In this document: positions 1-11,054 of the stretch, piece by piece
Layout of the letters: the number at the start of each line of letters is the position of its first letter
Position numbering within the stretch: the first letter of the stretch is position 1
IMG/VR virus record: IMGVR_UViG_3300028840_007457
Source of the DNA: an uncultured virus (IMG/VR IMGVR_UViG_3300028840_007457)
Lineage: Duplodnaviria > Heunggongvirae > Uroviricota > Caudoviricetes
Direction: 5' to 3' (one strand)
Length of the DNA stretch: 64,000 nucleotides
Translations under genes and position numbers: made by a program
Notes under the pieces: generated by a model
The model's database searches: none
Told to the model about the DNA's origin: nothing
The model's input: the letters and a program-made list of their open reading frames with translations, nothing else

Positions 1-1318
1 CAGCAGAATTGGTAGTCCCCAACCTAATACGGCTACGCAACTCACAAGCATAGACTTGTTCCCCAGGTGGAATAGCAGTTCCAGGCCCAAAGTCAAAGGC
101 ACCATAAAGAGGTGTACCAGCTGTATCAGCGTCCGCTCCAATGTAGGAACCTGCATCATCTGGAGGATTCTCATTAATTGAATTTGCATAAGGTGCACCT
201 CCAGGAACAATAGACGGAATAGCAACGTAAGTGATACTATCACTAGTTGGGTACTGATCGAAAATAGAAACAGGAACATGTTTTAAAAATAAATCAACCC
301 CAATCGAACTACAACGTAGAGGTTCTGTGTCTCTATTTTCTAGTCCCACTTCTAAAGCGTTCACTTCTGCAAGCAACCAAGGTGTAGCCACTGGATCTCC
401 ACTAGGCCAACCATGTTGAGGATCGTTTAAATATTCTGCTTCTAAAAAGAACCAGCTATATTCCAACGGGTAGACGTGAGGAGGAAGTTCGGTAGGAAGC
501 TCACTTGTACCAGTTCCAACGTAGTCAACCCCAGCAGACCTAACTACTACTCTTCCTTGCGCTGGATTTGTTGTACCAGGACAACGACATCCACAACGAA
601 CTTGAATTCTATCTATAGTAGCTGGATTAACCCATGGAATTTGTTTAAGGGCAAAAGTGTGTTTTGCTCCAACTACAATACTATCCAGTCTACTTAAGTC
701 CCCGTCCCAAACCCCATTAACATCTCTGTAATCAGGAACAGTGCTAGGATACGGAGAAAAATCAGACCAAAAACCACTGTTAACAGGTTCAGTACGATGG
801 TCGGGAATGAGTTCTGTAATTACGTGAGCTTCCATCTTGGTACAACGAAGTTGACCACCACTGATGTAATTAATTCCCATTTCTAAATCGTGGAAAATAC
901 CAGCGTCCCACGCTACACCAGACGGTACACAAGGAAACAATTTCCAGACTTCAAAATAGCCTGTACTAATAGTTACAAATGATTCAGAATCAAAATCATT
1001 TCCAAAACATCGGAGACGCAATTTAAACTCTGTTGGAAGAGGTGTAGTCACTCTAACTGTAGCAACCACTAAAACTCCTCTTATTCTAGTTGGACGAGGA
1101 TAAACCTGCCCATTGTAAAGAGTGCCAACAGAGGGATCTGTACTTACTCTTACAGTGAAAACAGTATTCTCATTTTCAGTCCACAGATAGGTAGTATCTC
1201 CATCTGCTACAATATCATCAATAGCTTGCCAATAGGGTGAAGAAGGTTGAACTTGCCACGAATTATTATACGTGCCAAGAAAAGGCCCACTAGGTCTAAG
1301 AACTAAATTAGCAGTCAT
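1..1318 (-). CDS. Partial (runs off window start) virion structural/tail-associated protein
   Basis: ATG at 1318 overlaps the upstream stop (ATGA). Manual translation gives MTANLVLRPSGPFLGTYNNSWQVQPSSPYWQAIDDIVADGDTTYLW...; N-terminus resembles that of 9165..10790. Not in the ORF track, presumably because it is truncated. Confidence 0.7.
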   Translation of the reverse strand, partial: MTANLVLRPSGPFLGTYNNSWQVQPSSPYWQAIDDIVADGDTTYLWTENENTVFTVRVSTDPSVGTLYNGQVYPRPTRIRGVLVVATVRVTTPLPTEFKLRLRCFGNDFDSESFVTISTGYFEVWKLFPCVPSGVAWDAGIFHDLEMGINYISGGQLRCTKMEAHVITELIPDHRTEPVNSGFWSDFSPYPSTVPDYRDVNGVWDGDLSRLDSIVVGAKHTFALKQIPWVNPATIDRIQVRCGCRCPGTTNPAQGRVVVRSAGVDYVGTGTSELPTELPPHVYPLEYSWFFLEAEYLNDPQHGWPSGDPVATPWLLAEVNALEVGLENRDTEPLRCSSIGVDLFLKHVPVSIFDQYPTSDSITYVAIPSIVPGGAPYANSINENPPDDAGSYIGADADTAGTPLYGAFDFGPGTAIPPGEQVYACELRSRIRLGTTNSA

Positions 1319-1551
1319 GATAATTTAAGCACAAGCACGGTTACTACTGCTACCAGTACTACAATTACAGAAAGAGCTACCAAAAGTTGTGGAGTAGAAG
1401 ATTTAGATTTTTCCTCAGACATTAAATTTGCAACATCATTAGGCGCAAATTTAATTGGAATGTTAGACCACTTTTCAAAAAAGTCATCATCTTTACGAGT
1501 CAAATTTGATCTCCTCGATGCAGCACTGCAACTTCGTGCGGGGGCAGGCAC
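1315..1551 (-). CDS. Small membrane protein with C-terminal hydrophobic helix
   Basis: LLVALSVIVVLVAVVTVLVLKL at C-terminus; stop coupled to next start; true start may be downstream. Confidence 0.5.
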   Translation of the reverse strand: MPAPARSCSAASRRSNLTRKDDDFFEKWSNIPIKFAPNDVANLMSEEKSKSSTPQLLVALSVIVVLVAVVTVLVLKLS

Positions 1552-1581
1552 CTGCTAGGCACCAATCCGCACAGTGAAAGA

Positions 1582-1866
1582 TCACTCAGTTGGAAGTTTC
1601 CAACAATTTCCTCTAGCTGCATTTAGACTTACGTGAACTACTGAAGTTGTACGTTCAATTTGACGACCATACTGATCTTCTCTTGACGTATCTTCTGCCA
1701 CATAAACTAAATTCAGAGATGGTGGGTGTTGTTCATCAGTAATGTGATGAACGCCATTTTCATCTGAAGGAAATACATCCCAAACAGCCGTCACTAAAGC
1801 AGGGTGCTTCTTTCTGTGGCTATCTAAGAAAATTACGTGATCTCCCACTTTCAGCTTCGCTTCCAT
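1582..1866 (-). CDS. Hypothetical phage protein (small beta-barrel/SH3-like)
   Basis: GGAGG RBS; VGDHVIF...HPALVTAVW...LNLVYV pattern. Confidence 0.6.
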   Translation of the reverse strand: MEAKLKVGDHVIFLDSHRKKHPALVTAVWDVFPSDENGVHHITDEQHPPSLNLVYVAEDTSREDQYGRQIERTTSVVHVSLNAARGNCWKLPTE

Positions 1867-1917
1867 GACTACTAACCTCCTGCAGCTGTCAATGCTGCAC
1901 GGAGGAGATCAAAATAC

Positions 1918-2391
1918 TCACATTTGTTGAACTACTCTCAAAGCCATGCGCATATCGCTATTTTTGGCTTTAAGAGGAAAATGTCCTATGGCGTAAAGAA
2001 ATTTAGTTCCATTTTCAGGACCAATCGGAGAATTTTGAATTTCCGCCCAAACCCCAATTTCTCCAAGTGCGTAATTAGCTTCTCCAATTTCCAAAATACA
2101 ATAATAACAAGCACACTCTGGATTTGGAAATTCATACTGGTTAATCGGTTCAGAACTTAAAACCGGATCTTCAAGAAATCGAGCTTCACTGTTTACAGGC
2201 GTAGCAATTGTGTAATCAAATGTATCATAGCCACCTCTACCAACAGCAAACTCAACTGCTCTTACGCTTGTACCATCAACAGAACCACGTGCCATAAGGT
2301 AACGACCCAAAGACGTAGTTTTAGCATTAACCTCGTAAACATACGGGATTTGCTGAGGTCGGTCAAATTCTGAAAGACCGAAACTAGACAC
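1918..2391 (-). CDS. Tail-collar-fibre-like baseplate protein
   Basis: TSLGRYLMA...FAVGRGG...LGEIGVWA...LYAI pattern resembling the tail-collar fibre (DUF3751-like) family; tail module context. Confidence 0.6.
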   Translation of the reverse strand: MSSFGLSEFDRPQQIPYVYEVNAKTTSLGRYLMARGSVDGTSVRAVEFAVGRGGYDTFDYTIATPVNSEARFLEDPVLSSEPINQYEFPNPECACYYCILEIGEANYALGEIGVWAEIQNSPIGPENGTKFLYAIGHFPLKAKNSDMRMALRVVQQM

Positions 2392-2396
2392 TGTTT

Positions 2397-2786
2397 TTAA
2401 TTACCGCCTACAAGAGATGGATTTTGTTGTGTAGGCACAAATGCCCCATTTTCTAAATTAATTTCATGATCTTCAGGACAATCCATTATTTTCTTCAATT
2501 CTGGATAAGCCAAAGAAAGTTTTTCTCTTTGCTCAGCTAATTCTCTATTCATATTTTGCAAGTCTTTTTGCATACTTTCCATGCCTACTTGAAGCATTCC
2601 GATTCTTAGCCTCAAATTAAGACAATTAAGTCGTTTAATTTCAATTTCTTGAGGAGAGAATTCAGGCACTTCTTTTTCTTCAGTAACATTCTCTTCTTGG
2701 TTTGTTACTTCTACGTCTTTCTCATTTTTAATTTCGTTAGTCATTTGTAGACTCCTCCTCCTCTTCTTCTTCAGGGTATTCTTCAT
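2397..2786 (-). CDS. Coiled-coil hypothetical protein (possible fibre chaperone)
   Basis: Heptad-rich; C-terminal EINLENG motif shared with 2737..3189 and 24524..24859; real start probably MTNEIK. Confidence 0.55.
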   Translation of the reverse strand: MKNTLKKKRRRSLQMTNEIKNEKDVEVTNQEENVTEEKEVPEFSPQEIEIKRLNCLNLRLRIGMLQVGMESMQKDLQNMNRELAEQREKLSLAYPELKKIMDCPEDHEINLENGAFVPTQQNPSLVGGN

Positions 2787-3189
2787 CCTCTAAAACTTCC
2801 TCCTTATCTTCCGCTGGAGATTCTTCTACAGCTTGGGAAGGAGTAGCCCTTGTAATTAAACCGGCTAAATTAACTTTATCTACTGCTAAATCAATTCCAT
2901 ATTTTATACAGATTTTACTTAGCAGAGCATCATACTCTTTACTTGATTCGTCAATTTCTTTTTGCACAGATTGCATAGCATTTTGCGCTTCTAATTGTGC
3001 AATTCTAATTCTAGATTCTAGCTGATCTTTTTTAAGAGTAGCATTATCTTTTTTGTAAAAACATTTCTGAAGAAGTATCACATCTTCACTTCCTAACTGA
3101 TTACTATTAATGGATTTTGGGGGCAATTTTTGGGCTCCTTTTCTGAAATTTTTGAATTTTCTGGATTTTTTGATTTTGTTTCTTGCCAC
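2737..3189 (-). CDS. Coiled-coil hypothetical protein with acidic tail
   Basis: Coiled coil followed by KYGIDLAVDKVNLAG; GGAGG RBS. Confidence 0.6.
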   Translation of the reverse strand: MARNKIKKSRKFKNFRKGAQKLPPKSINSNQLGSEDVILLQKCFYKKDNATLKKDQLESRIRIAQLEAQNAMQSVQKEIDESSKEYDALLSKICIKYGIDLAVDKVNLAGLITRATPSQAVEESPAEDKEEVLEDEEYPEEEEEEESTND

Positions 3190-3216
3190 TATGGGCCTCC
3201 TTACTAACTCACCTTT

Positions 3217-6200
3217 TTATTTTTTCTTTCCTGATGAAAGAAGAGGTCTTCCTTTCGGCCAAAATGCATCTAGAGCTGTTGCTTCAACGGTTTCAGAACT
3301 ATAATTATAAGCTGGCTTTGCGTTATTGGAACTATTTCCCGGGAAAGCAGGTGTCCCTGTAGGACCACCACTTATTTGAAGCATTAGTCTGTTTTTATAA
3401 TCGTCTGCTACAGGGTTTACAAACAAACCCATAAATACATAAGCAATAGGTCCACCATGATCATACTGCATCCAAAGTCTATTACTATCATCGAATAAAG
3501 GTTCTCCTGGTATTGTAGGTAATTTAGGAGGAGGCTGAGCTGTTTGAGAAATCAAATCTCCTGTAGTTTTTAAAATGGTTGATAAATCAGCTCCACTACC
3601 AGGTACTAATATTGGCATTGCAAAACGAGCATTTTGCCCTACGTCACCCACAAAAACACCTCTACCAGCACCTTTGAGATCTTGTGCTCCTAACATAAGA
3701 CTTTCAAGAGTACTTACGTCTCCAGCACTCCAGTTAGGAGGATAACTTGTTCGTACCCCACGCAAATTAGTTTTACCACTAGCAACGCTTATGTTTGGGT
3801 GAGGATAACTGTTGGAAGTTTCCGCTTCGTCACTCTGAGAACTAATAGGTACTTTAATTACATCTACAAATTTATTTTGTATATTTTGATACCCCATATA
3901 CGAAGAGTCATCACTATAAAAAGTATCTAACATTGCCTGTGTTTCATAAATTTCAATTGCTGACCCTCCTATTGGATATTGAAATAATTCCATAATAGGA
4001 GTAACAAATCTATTACCTGCATTAGCTGCCAAACGTTTATAAAGGTAATCTATTTCTCCAGGACATGTTACCAAAGCCGTTAATACTGGAGAACCAGAAA
4101 TCAGTGGTAACTGTGATGACTCTTTTGGATACGCTGTAGTTAGTAATTGACCAGGACGAACTAAATAATCAGCTGGGGAATAAGGACTACCATATACAGC
4201 AATAAATGATCTATTTTCAGGAGTATAGTACTCTAACCCACATTGATGAAAACTAAGAGAATATGATCCATAAATATCATCTATCAATCCTTGTGTTACC
4301 GTTCGTTTTAAAATAGCATTTCGTCCTGGATTTATTTTAGAATACAATAAAAGTTTTTCTCCGCTAGGGCATGACCATTTAGAACCGTAAAATCTAACGT
4401 TTGGTCCTGAATAAACAAAATCACATTGATAATTATCTGGAGTAATAACTAAATTACAAGCAACTTCTCTTCCTTTACCTCGTACAGAAAATGGTGCAAC
4501 AGAATTTAAAAAATGGTCATACCTAACATCACCTATATTATTTCTAAGTGGATTACCGTATCCGGGAGCGTAACTAAGTGTACCAGATCCAGATCCAGCT
4601 CTTACAGGATCCAGATCAAAGTCAGCTACTCCACGGTGGTAATTACCACCAGCATTTAACAAATTAAAATGTGTTGGAAACGGGAGTCTTAATACTGCAG
4701 CAGCATTAAACATTTCATCTCCCAAGAATATATGATTTAATCCAAAGGTACCTTCACTACCATTAGATTTTACAATAGCTGTCCTATTATAAGCAGAGAA
4801 TCTTTCGACTCCCCCAATATTGGGTTTATCTGCGGTTAATTCTGTTAAGCGCTGATTATTAACAGGAAGACCAGTCCAACTTAGCACACCAGAGAAGTAC
4901 GAAGTAGCTCCACTTTGTGTTGCGTAAAAATCACTATTTTCTTCCACCACACCATGAAGCAGATTTTTTAATTTAGGTAATGAGGTGCCTATAATAGGAG
5001 ACTCCCCTCCTTCAGAACTCTGTCCTTGATAAGGAGTATAAGTATATTCGATCAAAATGTGATTAGCAGCACCTGCTGGAGGAGCACTATGTCTAGCTAC
5101 CAAAACAGTAGTATATTGACTTAACGGGGTAGTGTTGAAACTAATCAAATTACTATAACAACCACCTATCCCCGCTGCTATAACATCTAAATTCAAATCC
5201 CAAGGTGTACCAGGAATGTTAGATGCTCTAGTCCAGAATTGTGGCACTAGCCCACTTACTCTTCCATCAATTTCTGGTGGATACCAAATAGAACCTCCTA
5301 AATTATAAGCATAGTCATTTCCGGCTGGTGGTCCTCCAAAGTCAATACTTTGTTGATGCCAAGAAAATAAAGCTTGAATAGACTTACCACCCCTACCTAT
5401 TTCTACCCATTCGTCAACTGTTGTAGTTTCAAAGAAAATAGTTACTTCAAAGTCCCCTGTAAAAGGTGCAGCAAATGTTAAAGTTAGTTCATCCCAAACA
5501 TCTGTTATTTGAGCGGAAGACCACCCTCCCATAACATTTTCATAATCAAATCCTAAAATGGTGTGAGTACCACTTAAACCACTAGCAGCAGCTACTTCAG
5601 CATCTGTAAAACTAACATTAGCAGCCGCTACTAAAGTTTTTCTAATTGTAACAGCTAATGTACCTACATTCAAATCGGTAGGTGCACCAAGAGGATCTTT
5701 AGTAACACGATGAACAGTATCTGGAATTTCTGCTAAACCATAATTAGAATCATAATTATCCACATTGGTAAAGGTACGATCATAATGAACCCACCAAGAT
5801 AAAACAGCAGTACCTACATAGGCAGGGTCACTTAAATCTACGTATCCACGCATTTGTGTAGCTCTACCTAAACTATCTGTAGCAATTACCTCAAATGGTT
5901 CCCCCCACCAAGGACTTCCACATTGTACACCACTTCCTGGACCATAATAATTGTAATGCATATCCTGAGCAATATTAGTACTATCAATTAATTTACTATG
6001 GGCAGGGTTAATAGAATCAAAACTAAAAAGGTTACCATCTCTTGCAATTCTAGTAGTCCAACAAGGTGGTCCATAAAAATCCATAAATAAAGCAGATGCA
6101 CTATTTCCATTAATATACATTTGCGCTGGTAAATGTCTAATTAAAGATGCACCTGGAGGCGCTTTAATAATCAATTCACCTTCTGTAGGACTTAACTGTT

Positions 6201-8622
6201 GCCACTCATAAAGGTCAGCAATTACAGGGCCAGCTAAAGTCATATCTACCGTAGTAGCAACAATATGAAATTCTCTAGCGTCACTCCAAATTCGTTTCAT
6301 CCCATCAGGAGCTGTCAGTTGAAAAGCCCCAGGAGCATTACCAATGATATCTGCTTGTAAGATTCTACTACCTGCTACCGTACCACCAGTACCCGCCCCT
6401 AAAAACTTATTTGCTAAACGAGTTCTTAATTGACCTTTCATAAGAAGGTCAATATTTTCCTCAATTAAACTTTTATAAGAACCGCTATCTAAACCAACCT
6501 GATGTCGTAAATCTACCAAATCATCAGGATGGATAACGTTAAATGCTTGTCGTCCATCATCGGGACGACTCACACCTGTCCCATTAGGATTACTTTGAAA
6601 ATCGTAAGCATTTTGATTACGTCTATGAATTAAACAAACAGGAATTGCCCACTCAGCTCCATAAGGATGCCCACGGTCATCTTCAAGTTCTAAAATAGGG
6701 CGAGACCAAATACCACCATCATCGTATTTTCTCTCTGGTGGTGCTGTTACATCACCGCGTTCCCAAGGATTACCAGAAACTGGACTCACAGCAGCTGCTA
6801 ACATAGCATCGTGCTCGTCCAATACATTGGTAGCGCCTAAAGGTTCTACTACTAACTCATAACTGACAAATCCTTTTACCCAACCTTGACTTCTAAAATT
6901 ACTCCCAATTTTAGATGGAATATAGGGCCGGTGTTGAGGACTTAACATATAATTTGTTACAACAGTTGGATCATTACTGTAACGAGTAATTTGCATTTTA
7001 AGGTAAACAAGTTGACGAGCCCAACCAGCAGCAGGAGCAGCACCTAAATCGACTTCATTAACAGGAAGGGTAAACCAATCTTCCATTCCTCTCACACGAA
7101 TTTTGACTCTTTCATCGTATAATTTTAAACTATTAAGAGCAACCCCAGGACCTATTTGAAAATCCATACCTGTTAAAAACCCACTAGGCTCATCCCAAGT
7201 ACCCTTAGATGCGTTTGCAGGTTGTGTAGGAAATTGCTCAGCTAAAGTTTCAACAGAACCTCTAACAGCATTAAGAATATCACAAATAGGATAAACTTGG
7301 AAAACGTGTCTAATACCGCTTCGGAAAACTTTAATACCTTCGCCAATACCAGGATTTTCAGCAGCCAAACGTCGAACTACAAATAAAGGAATAGCCCAAC
7401 TATAACCGTCAACAGGAGTAGCACCACTAGCGGCTATCCACGCGCGGTCATCGGAACCAGCTGGAGGAGCGTTAAAAGCAGCTCCATCAATATTGGTAGC
7501 TAAAGCAAGAACAGCAGCGTCATTGGGATTGGTAAGCGCAATTTGAGGAACACCGCTTGCTACCGCAAGGCGATACTTTAAAACTCTAAAACCGTGATTA
7601 TAAATTTCAATGGTGTTGAAGTCGTAATTATTCCCACCTATTCCTTTAACCCAATTGTAAGCTTCTTCTTCATCATCTACTTCTTGAATATTGTATTTTA
7701 AAGTTCCGTCTGGGTTGCGATCATAAAGTTGATTTTCCGGAGTAATAATATCTTCTCGCCAAACCTCTAAGAAAACTAAATCTAAGCGATCAGCTGCAAG
7801 GGGAAATGGAATGGTTTGTGAATGTGTTTCTATGTAGTGACCGTTAATAATTGCACTAAAGGCATCTACATCCATAGAATCAGCAACAAACGGAGTTTCA
7901 ATTGGATCTACGTGACGATAACTAGCAAAACTTCCATCACCAGGACGAGTACCGGCCACTACTCCTGAACCTTCAACATTTCGGTAAACTTGGCCTCGTT
8001 CAAGGCGGTCATTCATAAAAGTGGTTTCAGCGTTGTACGTACCAGTGTTGATAGCTTCCCAACTAGAACCATTCCAAAAATAAAATACCTGGTGATCACT
8101 TACCCAATAAACATCATCAACACGATTAGTAGGACTAGTAGGCGTAGGAAGCAGTGCGTAGGTGGTGATACCTCTTATGAAGTTTCTTCCAACTGGAGTT
8201 ACTTCATCTCGGATAGTATAGTCAATATCAGAAGCTCCAACTGAAACAGCAGCTGGAGGAAGATCAAGAACAGCAAGAACATTCATCCAATCTTTATCAG
8301 CATGTCCTACATAAGTAGCCCAATCAAAAACAGTAACGGTTTCTACAGGAACAGCAGGTATACCAAGTTCATTATATTTAACGTACAAAACAATGACATT
8401 TTTAGTACCTGCTGCCATAACTAAATTAACAACAGAATCACTAATAACGGTCATACCATCGTGATTAACAGCAACTAGAGGATTTACTGGTACTGTGAGG
8501 CTCGCAGACGTGCCTACAGATCCGCCCCATAGTAAACCCTTTTGCACTAAATAATTGAATTTATCGTTCAGATCATGAGTTGAATCTGAACTTTGCCAAA
8601 GATTTATTGATTTAATAGGCAT
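3217..8622 (-). CDS. Large virion structural protein (tail fibre/baseplate-associated), 1801 aa
   Basis: AGGAG RBS; Gly/Pro/aromatic beta-rich; internal duplication (DLVFLEV...WAIPLFVVRR vs QLVYLKM...WAIPVCLIHRR); baseplate context. Confidence 0.65.
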   Translation of the reverse strand: MPIKSINLWQSSDSTHDLNDKFNYLVQKGLLWGGSVGTSASLTVPVNPLVAVNHDGMTVISDSVVNLVMAAGTKNVIVLYVKYNELGIPAVPVETVTVFDWATYVGHADKDWMNVLAVLDLPPAAVSVGASDIDYTIRDEVTPVGRNFIRGITTYALLPTPTSPTNRVDDVYWVSDHQVFYFWNGSSWEAINTGTYNAETTFMNDRLERGQVYRNVEGSGVVAGTRPGDGSFASYRHVDPIETPFVADSMDVDAFSAIINGHYIETHSQTIPFPLAADRLDLVFLEVWREDIITPENQLYDRNPDGTLKYNIQEVDDEEEAYNWVKGIGGNNYDFNTIEIYNHGFRVLKYRLAVASGVPQIALTNPNDAAVLALATNIDGAAFNAPPAGSDDRAWIAASGATPVDGYSWAIPLFVVRRLAAENPGIGEGIKVFRSGIRHVFQVYPICDILNAVRGSVETLAEQFPTQPANASKGTWDEPSGFLTGMDFQIGPGVALNSLKLYDERVKIRVRGMEDWFTLPVNEVDLGAAPAAGWARQLVYLKMQITRYSNDPTVVTNYMLSPQHRPYIPSKIGSNFRSQGWVKGFVSYELVVEPLGATNVLDEHDAMLAAAVSPVSGNPWERGDVTAPPERKYDDGGIWSRPILELEDDRGHPYGAEWAIPVCLIHRRNQNAYDFQSNPNGTGVSRPDDGRQAFNVIHPDDLVDLRHQVGLDSGSYKSLIEENIDLLMKGQLRTRLANKFLGAGTGGTVAGSRILQADIIGNAPGAFQLTAPDGMKRIWSDAREFHIVATTVDMTLAGPVIADLYEWQQLSPTEGELIIKAPPGASLIRHLPAQMYINGNSASALFMDFYGPPCWTTRIARDGNLFSFDSINPAHSKLIDSTNIAQDMHYNYYGPGSGVQCGSPWWGEPFEVIATDSLGRATQMRGYVDLSDPAYVGTAVLSWWVHYDRTFTNVDNYDSNYGLAEIPDTVHRVTKDPLGAPTDLNVGTLAVTIRKTLVAAANVSFTDAEVAAASGLSGTHTILGFDYENVMGGWSSAQITDVWDELTLTFAAPFTGDFEVTIFFETTTVDEWVEIGRGGKSIQALFSWHQQSIDFGGPPAGNDYAYNLGGSIWYPPEIDGRVSGLVPQFWTRASNIPGTPWDLNLDVIAAGIGGCYSNLISFNTTPLSQYTTVLVARHSAPPAGAANHILIEYTYTPYQGQSSEGGESPIIGTSLPKLKNLLHGVVEENSDFYATQSGATSYFSGVLSWTGLPVNNQRLTELTADKPNIGGVERFSAYNRTAIVKSNGSEGTFGLNHIFLGDEMFNAAAVLRLPFPTHFNLLNAGGNYHRGVADFDLDPVRAGSGSGTLSYAPGYGNPLRNNIGDVRYDHFLNSVAPFSVRGKGREVACNLVITPDNYQCDFVYSGPNVRFYGSKWSCPSGEKLLLYSKINPGRNAILKRTVTQGLIDDIYGSYSLSFHQCGLEYYTPENRSFIAVYGSPYSPADYLVRPGQLLTTAYPKESSQLPLISGSPVLTALVTCPGEIDYLYKRLAANAGNRFVTPIMELFQYPIGGSAIEIYETQAMLDTFYSDDSSYMGYQNIQNKFVDVIKVPISSQSDEAETSNSYPHPNISVASGKTNLRGVRTSYPPNWSAGDVSTLESLMLGAQDLKGAGRGVFVGDVGQNARFAMPILVPGSGADLSTILKTTGDLISQTAQPPPKLPTIPGEPLFDDSNRLWMQYDHGGPIAYVFMGLFVNPVADDYKNRLMLQISGGPTGTPAFPGNSSNNAKPAYNYSSETVEATALDAFWPKGRPLLSSGKKK

Positions 8623-8702
8623 GAATTTTATCTCCTGATGACTTTCTAAATAGCCATCTGCGCGTCTTCATTATGAGTTAAAACTCTCACTTTGTTTATT
8701 AA

Positions 8703-9140
8703 CTAATATAAAATAGTAACATCAAATTCAGGTGTATCAATTGAAATTACAGAAAGTAACGGTCTATTACAAACTGCTGCAAGAAACTGAGTGCCCACCA
8801 GAGGGTCAGCTGGATCATTTTGAAAAGTAATTTCTCCAAAAAGGGCTATACTAGAAATATCCCCAATGTATTCTGCTTCGTTAATTTTGCAAACATATAC
8901 AGCACAATAATCTGCCTGAAAACGATACTCATCAATAAGCTCTGGTCCAAAAAGAGGTGCTCCACCAGGCATTACTGTAGCACTTGGATCTACCGCAAGA
9001 GCAATACTTGGATCATTGGGGTCATGTCCACTAGCCGAGATACCAAAATATCTTAATTTATAACCACTTCCAGTAATACTAAAAGTGCTGAGAATTTGTT
9101 TGTAGTAATTAGTAGGTATTGCTATGCATTCGTAGGCCAT
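8703..9140 (-). CDS. Tail-collar-fibre-like baseplate protein (paralog of 1918..2391)
   Basis: Aligned motifs GHDPNDPSIALAVD/GYDTFDYTIATPVN, CAVYVC/CACYYC, GTQFLAAV/GTKFLYAI. Confidence 0.6.
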   Translation of the reverse strand: MAYECIAIPTNYYKQILSTFSITGSGYKLRYFGISASGHDPNDPSIALAVDPSATVMPGGAPLFGPELIDEYRFQADYCAVYVCKINEAEYIGDISSIALFGEITFQNDPADPLVGTQFLAAVCNRPLLSVISIDTPEFDVTILY

Positions 9141-9164
9141 TTTTAAATCGTCTTTCTTTTTTCG

Positions 9165-10790
9165 TTATCTGTAAAGTCTCACTTTGTATAACCATAAATT
9201 ATAAACTTTTCCCGCACTACTATTTCTATTAATAGTAAACAATAAATCTTCTGCTTTTGCGTTGGCTATTTTACTAACAATAGCCGACAGTTTAGTTCTT
9301 GGTGTAGAAGAAGGAAAAGTAACACTAGTGAAACCACTTACCCACGCTTTTCCAACGTTATCCCAATACCAAAGATCTGAACAACGCTGAACAATTATTT
9401 CTCCAGTAACTGCTATTTCTGCATCGTCTTTGTAGTCTAAATCTAAACTGTATGTTATAGGATTTCCTTTTGAGTCTGCAAATAGTTGTGAAATATGACA
9501 GTCTTCTGTCCAATCATTTATTGCAAATTTACAAGCATAGTTACTCTGTCCAGCTGTTACACCCGCTAAAGGAATTTTCTTAAGTTTATTTATATCAGAA
9601 TCACCCTCGTCCAATTTAATCATATTTACATTTTGATCAAAAGCAGTCCAATTTTTAGCACTTAAACCTCCACCATCTTTATATAAACACCAAGAAAAAT
9701 AATCCAATTTGTACTGACCAATTCTAGCAACATCAGTAGTCCCAAATAAATACCAAGCATTGCCTATACCAGAAGCTAAAATTGTACTGTAGGGTATGTC
9801 TAATAAGGGTGTATTACCATAATTTATGAAAAGTTGAACTCGTCCTTTTTGCGGCTCATTAATGTATCTTCTTATTTTTAGTCGATAGTGAATGTCTTTT
9901 TTATTATACTCTAATGGTGCATAAGCATAATATTGATTTATGTCTTCTGCGTTTTTACCATTTTCTAATAAACCAACATATTGAATATTATTATGACGGA
10001 AAGTATGCACAAGTAAAAGTTGTTGTAAATCCATACAACCAATTACCATTGCATCAGCACAATTTGGATTTGGATCCAAAATAACAACTGTACTTCTAGT
10101 TTCTATCTCTGTTATATAACCTTCTCTAATATCTCCCACTGATGAGTCGATAAAAGCATAAAATCTGGTATCTGTGTTAGATAAGTCAGTTATTTCTAAA
10201 TAGTCAGAAACAAGAGCTACTGGTTGTGTTCCAAATGTCCCCCAAAGTAAAGGGCCTATAATTGTATCAGGTAAAACACCAAAATATGGATCATAACGAT
10301 AAGGACCGTTAATATATTCAACTTCAAGCCAGAGTTTACTAACATCAAAACTACCAGAAGAAGGAACACTATTAATCTGTACTCCCACTCCCATATTTAC
10401 CAGATCATCAGAAGTAAATCTTTTAGCAGTTACCCAGTCTTCCCTAATTCTAATTTCACCATCTTCCCAATATGTAGAGATAATAGAAAGGGTTTTTACT
10501 TTATGAACAATGCTTCCTTTTTGTATTATTTGTAAATCTACAGATCCCCCAGTTGACGGTTCAGACCTTCTAATACGATAGTGCAGCGTGAGGCCCATAA
10601 TTGAACCACCTACAGGACCGTTAATAGAAGAACAATAAAAACCAGATTTTTGACTTAAAATATTAGAACCAATATATGTGGTATCATCACTGATTCGGAG
10701 TACAGCTTCCCAACCAGCAGAAGCGTCTCCGTAAGTCATCCAGTCATCAGCTCCTCCTGGAGCTGTGGTATCTATAAAACGTCGTGGCAC
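9165..10790 (-). CDS. Virion structural protein, beta-rich
   Basis: 541-aa ORF, aromatic/beta-rich, within baseplate cluster. Confidence 0.55.
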   Translation of the reverse strand: MPRRFIDTTAPGGADDWMTYGDASAGWEAVLRISDDTTYIGSNILSQKSGFYCSSINGPVGGSIMGLTLHYRIRRSEPSTGGSVDLQIIQKGSIVHKVKTLSIISTYWEDGEIRIREDWVTAKRFTSDDLVNMGVGVQINSVPSSGSFDVSKLWLEVEYINGPYRYDPYFGVLPDTIIGPLLWGTFGTQPVALVSDYLEITDLSNTDTRFYAFIDSSVGDIREGYITEIETRSTVVILDPNPNCADAMVIGCMDLQQLLLVHTFRHNNIQYVGLLENGKNAEDINQYYAYAPLEYNKKDIHYRLKIRRYINEPQKGRVQLFINYGNTPLLDIPYSTILASGIGNAWYLFGTTDVARIGQYKLDYFSWCLYKDGGGLSAKNWTAFDQNVNMIKLDEGDSDINKLKKIPLAGVTAGQSNYACKFAINDWTEDCHISQLFADSKGNPITYSLDLDYKDDAEIAVTGEIIVQRCSDLWYWDNVGKAWVSGFTSVTFPSSTPRTKLSAIVSKIANAKAEDLLFTINRNSSAGKVYNLWLYKVRLYR

Positions 10791-10793
10791 GTG

Positions 10794-11054
10794 TTAGTTA
10801 CTTTGTTGTTCGTTTATCTGATTAATAAGTTGCTGTAGAGAAGCTATTAAATTAAGAGCACCTTTTTTACTAATAGTAAATGTAAGTAAAAAATTATCAT
10901 CTGATGGTGCTGCACCTATAGATTCTAGACATAAAGCTTCTTGAAGAAGGGCGTTAGAAAAAGATTGAAGATTGCTTGTTAAAACGTGACGATCTTTAAT
11001 TAAAGTATCGTCAATCATCATTTGCTGAGGCATAGATAGAACTCCAGAGATCAA
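10794..11054 (-). CDS. Hypothetical protein
   Basis: Fills gap between co-oriented genes. Confidence 0.45.
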   Translation of the reverse strand: MISGVLSMPQQMMIDDTLIKDRHVLTSNLQSFSNALLQEALCLESIGAAPSDDNFLLTFTISKKGALNLIASLQQLINQINEQQSN